DNA of 64,000 bases, from the IMG/VR virus record IMGVR_UViG_3300032320_000771; one strand, 5' to 3'. The notes under the pieces were generated by a model that had not been told where the DNA came from, made no database searches, and saw nothing but the letters and a program-made list of their open reading frames with translations. Below, piece by piece: positions 1 to 8,512 of this stretch (position 1 is its first letter; each line of letters starts with the position of its first letter). A program made the translations under genes and the position numbers. Source of the stretch: an uncultured virus (IMG/VR IMGVR_UViG_3300032320_000771). Taxonomy: Duplodnaviria > Heunggongvirae > Uroviricota > Caudoviricetes.

Positions 1-2
1 AT

Positions 3-560
3 GTAACTATTGCATTACAGCATTCACATCCTAAGACTTGGATGGAAGATCAAAGAGTCTTGCATTATTTTATTTCTACTGTAAATAATTTTCAGCAGTG
101 CAGCGCACCTGCACAGGTAGTTCCTGTTGTTGCACCTCAAGAGGAAGAAGTTATTGAAGCTACAGAAGCTTTTGTTGACCCTAATCAGATAACAATCTTT
201 GATGTTATAGCTGAAGAAGAGGCAAAAGAAGCTGAGGTAACTCAAATAACTTATACTGACCCTGCTGGGAATACTTTTGAAGCAATAGATTTTCACAATG
301 CAGTTGTTAATAACTCCACTGTAGATCCAGAAGATGATGAAGATCTAAATGATTGGATAAATGTACCACTAGAGTCAGATAATGAAGATAATACACCTAC
401 TTATATTCCTGATGAGAATGAAGAATACACAAAACGTGAAAATGCTTCTTACATGAAAGGCTCAGACTTTGATATAGATAAAGAAGAAGCAAACTTTGAT
501 GACTTAATCTTTAATATATCAGATGAACAAGAAGATGATGACTCATCTGACTTTTTTTAA
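3..560 (+). CDS. 3' part of a phage protein (frame open from the window edge), possibly a DUF932-like C-terminus followed by a long acidic tail
   Basis: The frame is open from nt 3 (VTIALQHSHPKTWMEDQRVLHYF...), so the ATG at 42 is probably internal. D/E-rich low-complexity tail; followed by a terminator. DUF932 resemblance is from recall only. Confidence 0.6.
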   Translation, partial: VTIALQHSHPKTWMEDQRVLHYFISTVNNFQQCSAPAQVVPVVAPQEEEVIEATEAFVDPNQITIFDVIAEEEAKEAEVTQITYTDPAGNTFEAIDFHNAVVNNSTVDPEDDEDLNDWINVPLESDNEDNTPTYIPDENEEYTKRENASYMKGSDFDIDKEEANFDDLIFNISDEQEDDDSSDFF

Positions 561-564
561 TTTT

Positions 565-604
565 AAATGGGAGAATGGCTTAGGCTGTTCTCCCATTTTT
601 TTTT
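565..604 (+). terminator. Rho-independent terminator
   Basis: AAATGGGAGAA-TGGC-TTAG-GCTG-TTCTCCCATTT hairpin followed by a T run, just after the stop at 560. Confidence 0.85.
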
Positions 605-624
605 AATTTTAGAAAAAATAACAA

Positions 625-822
625 ATGAAAAAGAAGAAAATGAAAATTGAATACAACGGCCAAGAATTATACATCAACTTTGTATCAGAAGATACCAACT
701 ATGTTATTGTTAGTAAAGACAAAGAAGGTACACTTGGTAAGTTTAAACTTAATGCAACTGAACTTGAAGGAATTGATCTAAACAAACTTAAAAAGTTTAA
801 TAAAAAACCTAAAAAAGTTTAG
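625..822 (+). CDS. small basic hypothetical protein (65 aa)
   Basis: A-rich leader, plausible composition; converges on and overlaps the stop of the 2563 aa gene. Confidence 0.65.
   Translation: MKKKKMKIEYNGQELYINFVSEDTNYVIVSKDKEGTLGKFKLNATELEGIDLNKLKKFNKKPKKV
784..821. promoter_or_regulatory. AAACTT-N3-AAGTTT palindromic element, tandem with a degenerate second copy, at the end of the late operon
   Basis: AAACTT AAA AAGTTT at 784-798 and AAACCT AAAA AAGTTT at 805-820; the same element occurs at 30361-30394 and 37587-37603. Confidence 0.4.
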
Positions 823-3800
823 TTTCCTAATCTACTAGAACTTGCTTGTTGATTCTTAAGTACAGTCTCAACATCACCTGTTCCACCTGTAAATCCTATT
901 ATTGCAAATAGTCTCTTCCATATTTTAAGTGATCCTTTTTCTTGCCACCAGTATGGTCCTTGATCTTTTTCATATCTTTCAGGATCATCAAAAGTGATAA
1001 AGTTTAAGACATCACTCATAATTTGGGTATAAAGAACAACTGTATTGTACCACGATGTAGATGTAGATGTTAGCATTTTAACATAGTCATCTGCACCTAG
1101 ATTTACTCCCCATATTTTAGGTAGTGGTACAAATGCAGATGTTTCTGCTTGAACACCCATCACTAATAATAGGAAGTGGTTCACTAAGAAACCATAAGTA
1201 TTAAAGTTATCTTCATTGATAGCACCTGATCTCTCTCTAATTTTTTTCCATTTGTCATCATCATCTGGATCAAAACCTAATAGCATACTTGCAATTAATG
1301 CAGTTAGTATAATCATCATACCTTCTGCCATAGTTCTTCTTAAGTCTGCTTTTTCCTGATCTGTCATATAAGCCATCTCAGAACCTTTGGATTTTAAAGC
1401 TCTAACTAAAGTTTGAAAAGCACTAACATAATATCCTTTTGTATACCTGCCTAATGCCCAGTCATATCTTTCACCACCTTGACTAAAAGATGCTGTCTTA
1501 GTATTTATACCCCATCTATTTGTAAGCATAGGCGTAAACCATTTTCTCATGAAGAAGAACATTCTGTAGGCTATAAACTTATTTCCTTCAGATTGTCCAA
1601 ATCTATCATATGCACCAAATAGTCTTCTTGATGTTCCCTGAAGTTTATTTTTGAATGCTTTAAACTTTTCAGATTTAGCAATTATAATTTCTTGACCATC
1701 TTCAAACTGAATTTCAGATTCTACATTGTTTCTTTTCTTCAGTTCATCTACAGTAATGTTATATTTATCAGCTATCTGCTTTAGAGTTTCTCCTTTAGTA
1801 TATGTATGGAATACTGATTTAGTGTCCCATGCTACATCTACTCCATTTTTTAGTTTCATTAAGCCATCTTTATCTAGCTCAAATGCATCTACATATCTAA
1901 TATAGACTTGTTTTCCATTAACTACCTGGTTAACTTTTTGTCCGTGTAAGAATGCTCCAAATAATTTTACTGCAACATCCATCTCACCAAACTTTCTGTG
2001 AGCATACATCCATGAACCATTAGCTAAATCTTTAACAATGCTTTTAGATATTGAATTACCAAATTTATCTTCAGAAGTAAATGTAGGATCAAATCTTTGA
2101 ATCATTTGTCCTGAAAGTGAACCTGGCCCAACAGCATATGCATCTTTAGATGCCCATGTAATCATTGCTTGACTAGACCATGGAACTGCCAAAGCATAAT
2201 CTTTAGCTGTAACAAATTCCCCTCCTATGGATTCAATCATACTTTGAACATAACCAGAGAACTGGTTCTTTAAATCTGAAGGTATATTTACAGCAAGTGA
2301 TGCTCTAGTAGATAAACCTTGGATAATATCTAACCATTTAGCAAGTCTAGGATTTGAATCTTCAAATGACCCAGTTTGTTGTCCACGGTATTCTCTTTCT
2401 AATAGTGACCTTACTTGTCCAAGTCTATTATTTTGTGCTCCTGCTTTTGTAGGATTTTGGAATAGATTTCTAACATTAAAGATTCCTTTAGAATATGCTT
2501 CCATATTCTTTGGCTGATTGGCTGGATCTTCTAATGTATCTACTATACTTTCTACAATAGGTAAACTCTCAAGTAATTTACCTTGTGTTTTAACAGACAT
2601 ACCATATTTAAAAAGACCAGTGATTATATCAGCATCTGTATTTTCTAATTCTATATTGTATATACCTTCTACAGGAACATAAGTTATCTCATTACCTTTT
2701 AAGTCAGTATTTACTAAGTTGTTTTTAGCATCATAGTTGTAACCTCTTTCAAAGTCAGTAATTGATTTTCCAAGAAGTTGATTTTTCCATTCTCCAAAAG
2801 TCTTAAATCTTTCACCAATTTTACCTCTTTGCATAGCCTGAAAAATATCTCCGGCTTTTATAGCAAACCTTGGCATATCCAAGTAGAGTTTAGAATAATT
2901 ACTTTGTCCTTTTTGCACACTAAGATGGAACTTCTTCATTTCTTCTAGTAGCTTAAACTCAGCATTATTTGATCTTTTTAAATCAAAATACCTTTGATTT
3001 ATAAATCTATTATCCTTAGCACTATTTTTATTTCCCGGGACAAACAATCTTGGTAAATGGTTTCCTTTATTGTCAATGATAGTACCTATATAATTATCCC
3101 ATGACTCTCCTATTGGAATAGTTCTGAATTCATTCTTAACTCTGTATATAGAGTGTTTAGCATTTGGTACACCATTAAAAGTTACTGTTTCCCCAGTTTC
3201 ATTATCTAAAACTTTAGTAGTTAATATATACTTTTTATTTACAGGTACAGTAATTCTGTTAGCATAAGATGGTTGAAAGATAATTTCTACTTTATTTTTA
3301 TCCCGATATTTTTTAGAAATGTGATTGTCTTCAAACCATTGTGATAAAAGTTCATCTTCATCTAATAGATCCTGAAACTCTTCACTGTTTATATATTCAT
3401 CTACTTTATCTGAGGTAACCTCTGGCTTATTTAATCTGGATAAATTAAAGTTTAATGCATCCATGTAATAGTCAGTAGGTATTTTTTCTGAAATATCTCC
3501 TAATTCTGAAAGAATACTTTGAAATTCAGCTGCTTCTGTAACATTTAAACCAGTCTTACTTTGTTTTTCTAAAAGTCTAACCATTGCTTTTTTCTGATCA
3601 GAAGTTAGATTAACTCCCTTCTTAACCATTGCAGTAAGCGTATTTAAATATGATAACTCTTCTTGAGTTAAACCAGTGTTTCTGGCTAAGTTTTCTCTAA
3701 AATTAATTATGCTTTGTTCAAGGTCTTTAATTTTTTTAATCTTTTCCTCACCTAGCTCAGGAGTAATTGGCTGACCTAATTCATCTCTGTATGTAAATAC

Positions 3801-6800
3801 TAAGTCATTAATTTCTTGATAAGTCCCTGCAATGTCAAATGGTAAATTCATTTTTGTTTGCAGTTCTCCTAATCTTGTTGTTAAAGATTTTCTTTTTTCA
3901 GCATAAGCAGGATCATACTTCATTGTAATGTTCTGTCTTTGCCACTCTTTAATTTTTTTATCAAACTCTTTGGTATCTCTTTGAATACCTTCAACAGCTA
4001 AACCATTTACAAACTCATTGTATGCTGTTTCTAATGATTTTTCTGATGGAGCAAATTCATAAAACTTAGATTTTGCTTTACTTACTTTTACTAATAACTT
4101 AGCTTTTGATAAATCAAAGATTCCTTTCTTAGGATCATCTTGTTTTGGAGAACCATCTTCATAGTTCAGGGATCTTAATTGCTGGAATTTTCTAAATGCA
4201 GCTTGTATAGCAGAAAAGTTTTCAAACCTTGATAGCTCATCATTGTGCTCACTAAGTAAGTTATTGTAATCTTCTAGTGCAGCTTGTCTTTCTGAATAAG
4301 CTTCCATAGAAATCCTTTTACTTGTAGCAGCATCATAGCCCTCTATTAATTCATCATAGATTTTATCTGATTCATAATACTCAGGGACAAACTCTTGCCA
4401 CATGTAATCTTTTTTAAATTGTCTTAGCTCTTCTCTAGCTGCAACAATTTTATTTTGATCTTTTGAAATTCTGGCTTGAGCAAGATTATATTCTAAAAGA
4501 TCTTCAGCATATCTATAACCATTACCAAACTCATTTAAGAAAGTTCTTATTTTTCTTTCTGTTGGTTTACCAGTTTCTTTATCAAAATATAGTATGGTAT
4601 CTTCAAATGTTACCATGTCTTGTATCTGAGTAACACTTAATTTGTTAAAGTTTACTTGCGGTAATAGTTTCTCTAATGATTTTAAGAATGAACCTGATTC
4701 TTCCATGAAGTCATTAGTAATCTCAGTTCTTTGGTTTTGAATAAATATTGCTAAAGAACCTACTATAGGGTCATTACTAGATGTATAGCTTTCCATAAAT
4801 CTATTAAACCAGCTTACATCTCTAGCGTGGCCAGTAAGTGCACCTTGAATTTTTTCAGGTGTAGAAATCATTTCTTGATATAGATTTAAAAATCTTGCAA
4901 GAACATCTTTGGGTACCCCTTTATTGTACAGCTCTTCTAAATTATCAGTAATATCTTCTTGTGAAATTACTTTATTGTAAAAGTTTTCAATTGCTGCCTC
5001 TCTTTCTGACGGTGAATTGTATGCATTTTTAAATGCTAAACCTAAGTTCTTTTTAAACTCTTCTTCAACAAACATATTCATTGGGCCTGTAAGCTCAATA
5101 TAGAATTGAATGTTGTTCTTTTTGTAAATCTGAGAAACTATTACTTCAATCTCATCAAGGTTAGCATTGATCTTATTTAAGATCTTATAGAACAAATTAT
5201 CTTTATCTAATTTAATTCCCGCTTCCCTTACTATATTATTAAACTGATCAATAGTTTCTTTCCATGCATATGAATTTTGCTTGTAAAAGTTTACAAGAGA
5301 AAGTGTATTTCTAGCACTAATGTTTTTCTCTTTGTATATCTTACCTAGATCACTTAGCATGTTCTCAGCTATGATATCTATTTTATCTATACTATTTACT
5401 AATGCTCTAGCTTGTCTGTATAGTTTTTTAACTTCAGCTTCTTGTGCATCCACAACTAAAGTCATAAGTTCTTCCGAGCTATATCTGCTTGTATCAGTAA
5501 CTGTTTGGAAACCTCTCAATAATGATACTGCTTCAGGTAATAAATTTTTAGAGTCTCCTTCTTCTTTTGAACCAAAAATTGATTCAGAGACCATTTGGCG
5601 CATAGCTTTATCTGTCTTGAAGTTCTTAGCTCTATTTAAGATAGCCTGATTGCTTGCATACCATTCATTGATTATTTTTTCTAAAGCCTCTGCACTCAAT
5701 GAGTTAGTTAATTCATTTGCTCTTTCAGTAACAAACTTACCATACTGGATTAAGTCATCTTCTGTTACATCATACTCAGATAAATCTATCTCATCTTCTA
5801 ATAGCATTGTACCTAGCTGATTCAATGTAGTATTTTCATCTATTGAACTAATACCTTGTTTATTACCAAAAATTCCTCTGAAGAAATCTTTAATGGCAGC
5901 TAAAATTTTATTGATGACAGATTCAAAACCTTCTGTTTGAATTTTCTCAGTTAACTTATTTACAGAAGACATTTGTAAACCATAAGTAAGTATCTCTGAT
6001 TTTAACATATCTTCATTAGAAGCTAGTTCAGGATAGTTTCTTAAAACATTATCTCTAATTTGCTGACCCTCTACAGTTGTCATTAGTGCATCATAAAGAT
6101 TGTTAAATAACTTTCTATTTTTTATCCTGATACCATTGATTACAGGGTGTGCAAACTCATGTAGTACAGTATTTATGTTTACATTGTCACCTACTATATA
6201 AACAGTCCCGGCATAATAAAATGCAGGCTCACCATTGTACGGAGTTGGACTTACTCTAGTTAACTCAGCTGCTTTTTCTGGTGTAATATTTTGATATCCA
6301 AGTTTTAAACCAAGGCTTAATTTTTTAGCAAGCTCTTCTGCTACACGTTTAGATCTTGCATCCTGAAGTGTTTCAATGTTGATATCAATTAATGGAATAC
6401 CAAAAGCCTCAACAGCTTTATTTTTTTCTTCAAGATTTATATTAGGAATAAATCTATTGTAATCCCAAAGATCTTTATACCGAGCCCATTTTAGTTTAGC
6501 ACTAAATGTATCTTTCCAATTTGCTAATTGTAGTACATAACCTGCTTCTGTTGTATACGCAAATGGTGCATTCTTATTTGCTTTTTTATAGTTGGAGTAT
6601 GAAAAAAAGTCTATCACTTTAGCTTCTACGCCTGTAACAACTTCTGCTCCTTCTACATTTTCAAATGTACCTACAACTTCATTTTTTTTATTTACAACTT
6701 GATATGAAGAGATTATGGTTTTAACTTTTCCCTTATTATCAACATAGTCAACTGTTTTAAAATTTTTAACAGAATAACCTTCTGGTGCAATTATATAACT

Positions 6801-8510
6801 ATCAGTTCTATAATTAACATCTTCTGTTATTGTTCTTACAAAAATAGCTTCAGGATAAATTTCAAAAAATTTAGAAATAGTTTCTTCTGTACTAAAAGGA
6901 CTTACCCAATCTATATCGTGTAATGGATTCTCATCTGGTCTAAGGATAGTACCCTGTTCAGATAATGCTGTGCTTCCTGTAAGTATAAAACCTTGTTTAG
7001 CTAGTTTTTCTATTATAGATGCTCCAAATGCATCTTTCTTAAGTGCGCTTTCTATACTTACTTGTTGAACTGGTTTCCCATATGCTCCCGGTTTATATAA
7101 GGATGCTGCAATAAATTTTACATTTTGCTGTAAAATATTATTAGTAATGATACCAATGTTTTTATTTATTAATCCAACATTTACAGTTTTAACTTTATTA
7201 AAAAATCTATTTAATAGTTCTCTTATAAGATCAATTAATGACTTAGAATATTTTTTGTCAATTTTGTTTTGTAAATCATTGGCAATTAGTTCTCCAATAA
7301 TTTTAAAATATTTGCTTTTACTTAACTCCTTATAGTCTTTTGTTTTAGACAGCTCTGTAATTATATCTTTAACAAGTTCATTATGTTGCATCATATATGC
7401 AATAAATTCTCCTGCAATGGGTGGGAGACTTTCTTTATTTTTTACATAAGCAATTTTAGATAAGATGTCTGCAAATCCCATTTCATCTATACCTACCATT
7501 TTTTTCATCTCAGTGATATCTTTCACAAGTATTCCAAAACTTGATAAATAAGTTTCTAGAATTTTAGATGCATCATTACCTGCTTTTTCAATAAGATCAG
7601 CATTTACTTCTAATGGGTTATATCTTAGTTTAAAACCCTCATTATACTCTTTAATTTCTTCAGCTGTTAACTCTGACAGATCTTTATTAAATATTTTGTT
7701 TATGATTTCAGGATTAGATACAGCAATGTATTTTTGCATATCTTCTCCTTTAAAATTAGTATCATAACCTATTTTAGAAACAGAATAGCCACTTCTTTCA
7801 AATTTATCAGCAACATCTTTAGGTACAAATGATATAAAATCTAATCCTTTTGAAACTAGATTTGGTAAAGCTTCTGCAAGCAACTCTTTACTTGTAGGAG
7901 AACTATTAACTCTGGTAATGAATGCTGCATTTTCACGATCCCATTGACCAAAGATATATGTGTCTTTATAGTTATATACTTGGTATACAGTTAATAAACT
8001 TTTAAAAGATTCAAATGGTAGAGCTTTTCCTTCCCTTGCTCTATCCATAAGATTCTTATAGTTGTTATATATCTCTCTGATCTTATCTTCTGTTATATCA
8101 GGTATAAGTTCATATAAAGTACTAGCCAATCTTGTTGTAGGCCTTGAAGCCTCAGTTCTCATAAACTGTGTTGGTTCATCCGGTTTTTGTTGAGCTTTGT
8201 CAAACTCAACTTGTATTTTATCAAAAAGAGTTATATTAGGTACTGCCCAATATGTTTTGTATTTAGCATCTCTACGATAAGTAGATCTTAGCCAATCTTC
8301 ATTTTCAATAACATTAATACTAAATAAAAGTTCCCCATCTGGCACAACTAAATTAGGATACTTAGCTTTTGCAAACTCAGTATATTTTTCATTTAATTTA
8401 TCAAACTGCTCTCTATCTAATATTCTATTTAAACCATCTAAAGAAAAGTTATCAATTATATTTTTTCCTTTTAGCTGATTAATTGTATTAATTTGTACTT
8501 GACAAGACAT
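819..8510 (-). CDS. giant virion cargo/ejection protein (2563 aa) with nucleotidyltransferase-like, zincin (HEFAH), LysM and C-terminal hydrophobic segments
   Basis: GFILTGSTAL...HDIDW and K..ARYKD..D (~6455-7030); LHEFAH (6147-6161); LysM HTYTKGETLKQIADKYNITVDELKKRN...GQEIII (~1681-1809); hydrophobic helices near the C-terminus; next to the vRNAP gene. Confidence 0.8.
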   Translation of the reverse strand: MSCQVQINTINQLKGKNIIDNFSLDGLNRILDREQFDKLNEKYTEFAKAKYPNLVVPDGELLFSINVIENEDWLRSTYRRDAKYKTYWAVPNITLFDKIQVEFDKAQQKPDEPTQFMRTEASRPTTRLASTLYELIPDITEDKIREIYNNYKNLMDRAREGKALPFESFKSLLTVYQVYNYKDTYIFGQWDRENAAFITRVNSSPTSKELLAEALPNLVSKGLDFISFVPKDVADKFERSGYSVSKIGYDTNFKGEDMQKYIAVSNPEIINKIFNKDLSELTAEEIKEYNEGFKLRYNPLEVNADLIEKAGNDASKILETYLSSFGILVKDITEMKKMVGIDEMGFADILSKIAYVKNKESLPPIAGEFIAYMMQHNELVKDIITELSKTKDYKELSKSKYFKIIGELIANDLQNKIDKKYSKSLIDLIRELLNRFFNKVKTVNVGLINKNIGIITNNILQQNVKFIAASLYKPGAYGKPVQQVSIESALKKDAFGASIIEKLAKQGFILTGSTALSEQGTILRPDENPLHDIDWVSPFSTEETISKFFEIYPEAIFVRTITEDVNYRTDSYIIAPEGYSVKNFKTVDYVDNKGKVKTIISSYQVVNKKNEVVGTFENVEGAEVVTGVEAKVIDFFSYSNYKKANKNAPFAYTTEAGYVLQLANWKDTFSAKLKWARYKDLWDYNRFIPNINLEEKNKAVEAFGIPLIDINIETLQDARSKRVAEELAKKLSLGLKLGYQNITPEKAAELTRVSPTPYNGEPAFYYAGTVYIVGDNVNINTVLHEFAHPVINGIRIKNRKLFNNLYDALMTTVEGQQIRDNVLRNYPELASNEDMLKSEILTYGLQMSSVNKLTEKIQTEGFESVINKILAAIKDFFRGIFGNKQGISSIDENTTLNQLGTMLLEDEIDLSEYDVTEDDLIQYGKFVTERANELTNSLSAEALEKIINEWYASNQAILNRAKNFKTDKAMRQMVSESIFGSKEEGDSKNLLPEAVSLLRGFQTVTDTSRYSSEELMTLVVDAQEAEVKKLYRQARALVNSIDKIDIIAENMLSDLGKIYKEKNISARNTLSLVNFYKQNSYAWKETIDQFNNIVREAGIKLDKDNLFYKILNKINANLDEIEVIVSQIYKKNNIQFYIELTGPMNMFVEEEFKKNLGLAFKNAYNSPSEREAAIENFYNKVISQEDITDNLEELYNKGVPKDVLARFLNLYQEMISTPEKIQGALTGHARDVSWFNRFMESYTSSNDPIVGSLAIFIQNQRTEITNDFMEESGSFLKSLEKLLPQVNFNKLSVTQIQDMVTFEDTILYFDKETGKPTERKIRTFLNEFGNGYRYAEDLLEYNLAQARISKDQNKIVAAREELRQFKKDYMWQEFVPEYYESDKIYDELIEGYDAATSKRISMEAYSERQAALEDYNNLLSEHNDELSRFENFSAIQAAFRKFQQLRSLNYEDGSPKQDDPKKGIFDLSKAKLLVKVSKAKSKFYEFAPSEKSLETAYNEFVNGLAVEGIQRDTKEFDKKIKEWQRQNITMKYDPAYAEKRKSLTTRLGELQTKMNLPFDIAGTYQEINDLVFTYRDELGQPITPELGEEKIKKIKDLEQSIINFRENLARNTGLTQEELSYLNTLTAMVKKGVNLTSDQKKAMVRLLEKQSKTGLNVTEAAEFQSILSELGDISEKIPTDYYMDALNFNLSRLNKPEVTSDKVDEYINSEEFQDLLDEDELLSQWFEDNHISKKYRDKNKVEIIFQPSYANRITVPVNKKYILTTKVLDNETGETVTFNGVPNAKHSIYRVKNEFRTIPIGESWDNYIGTIIDNKGNHLPRLFVPGNKNSAKDNRFINQRYFDLKRSNNAEFKLLEEMKKFHLSVQKGQSNYSKLYLDMPRFAIKAGDIFQAMQRGKIGERFKTFGEWKNQLLGKSITDFERGYNYDAKNNLVNTDLKGNEITYVPVEGIYNIELENTDADIITGLFKYGMSVKTQGKLLESLPIVESIVDTLEDPANQPKNMEAYSKGIFNVRNLFQNPTKAGAQNNRLGQVRSLLEREYRGQQTGSFEDSNPRLAKWLDIIQGLSTRASLAVNIPSDLKNQFSGYVQSMIESIGGEFVTAKDYALAVPWSSQAMITWASKDAYAVGPGSLSGQMIQRFDPTFTSEDKFGNSISKSIVKDLANGSWMYAHRKFGEMDVAVKLFGAFLHGQKVNQVVNGKQVYIRYVDAFELDKDGLMKLKNGVDVAWDTKSVFHTYTKGETLKQIADKYNITVDELKKRNNVESEIQFEDGQEIIIAKSEKFKAFKNKLQGTSRRLFGAYDRFGQSEGNKFIAYRMFFFMRKWFTPMLTNRWGINTKTASFSQGGERYDWALGRYTKGYYVSAFQTLVRALKSKGSEMAYMTDQEKADLRRTMAEGMMIILTALIASMLLGFDPDDDDKWKKIRERSGAINEDNFNTYGFLVNHFLLLVMGVQAETSAFVPLPKIWGVNLGADDYVKMLTSTSTSWYNTVVLYTQIMSDVLNFITFDDPERYEKDQGPYWWQEKGSLKIWKRLFAIIGFTGGTGDVETVLKNQQASSSRLGN

Positions 8511-8512
8511 TT

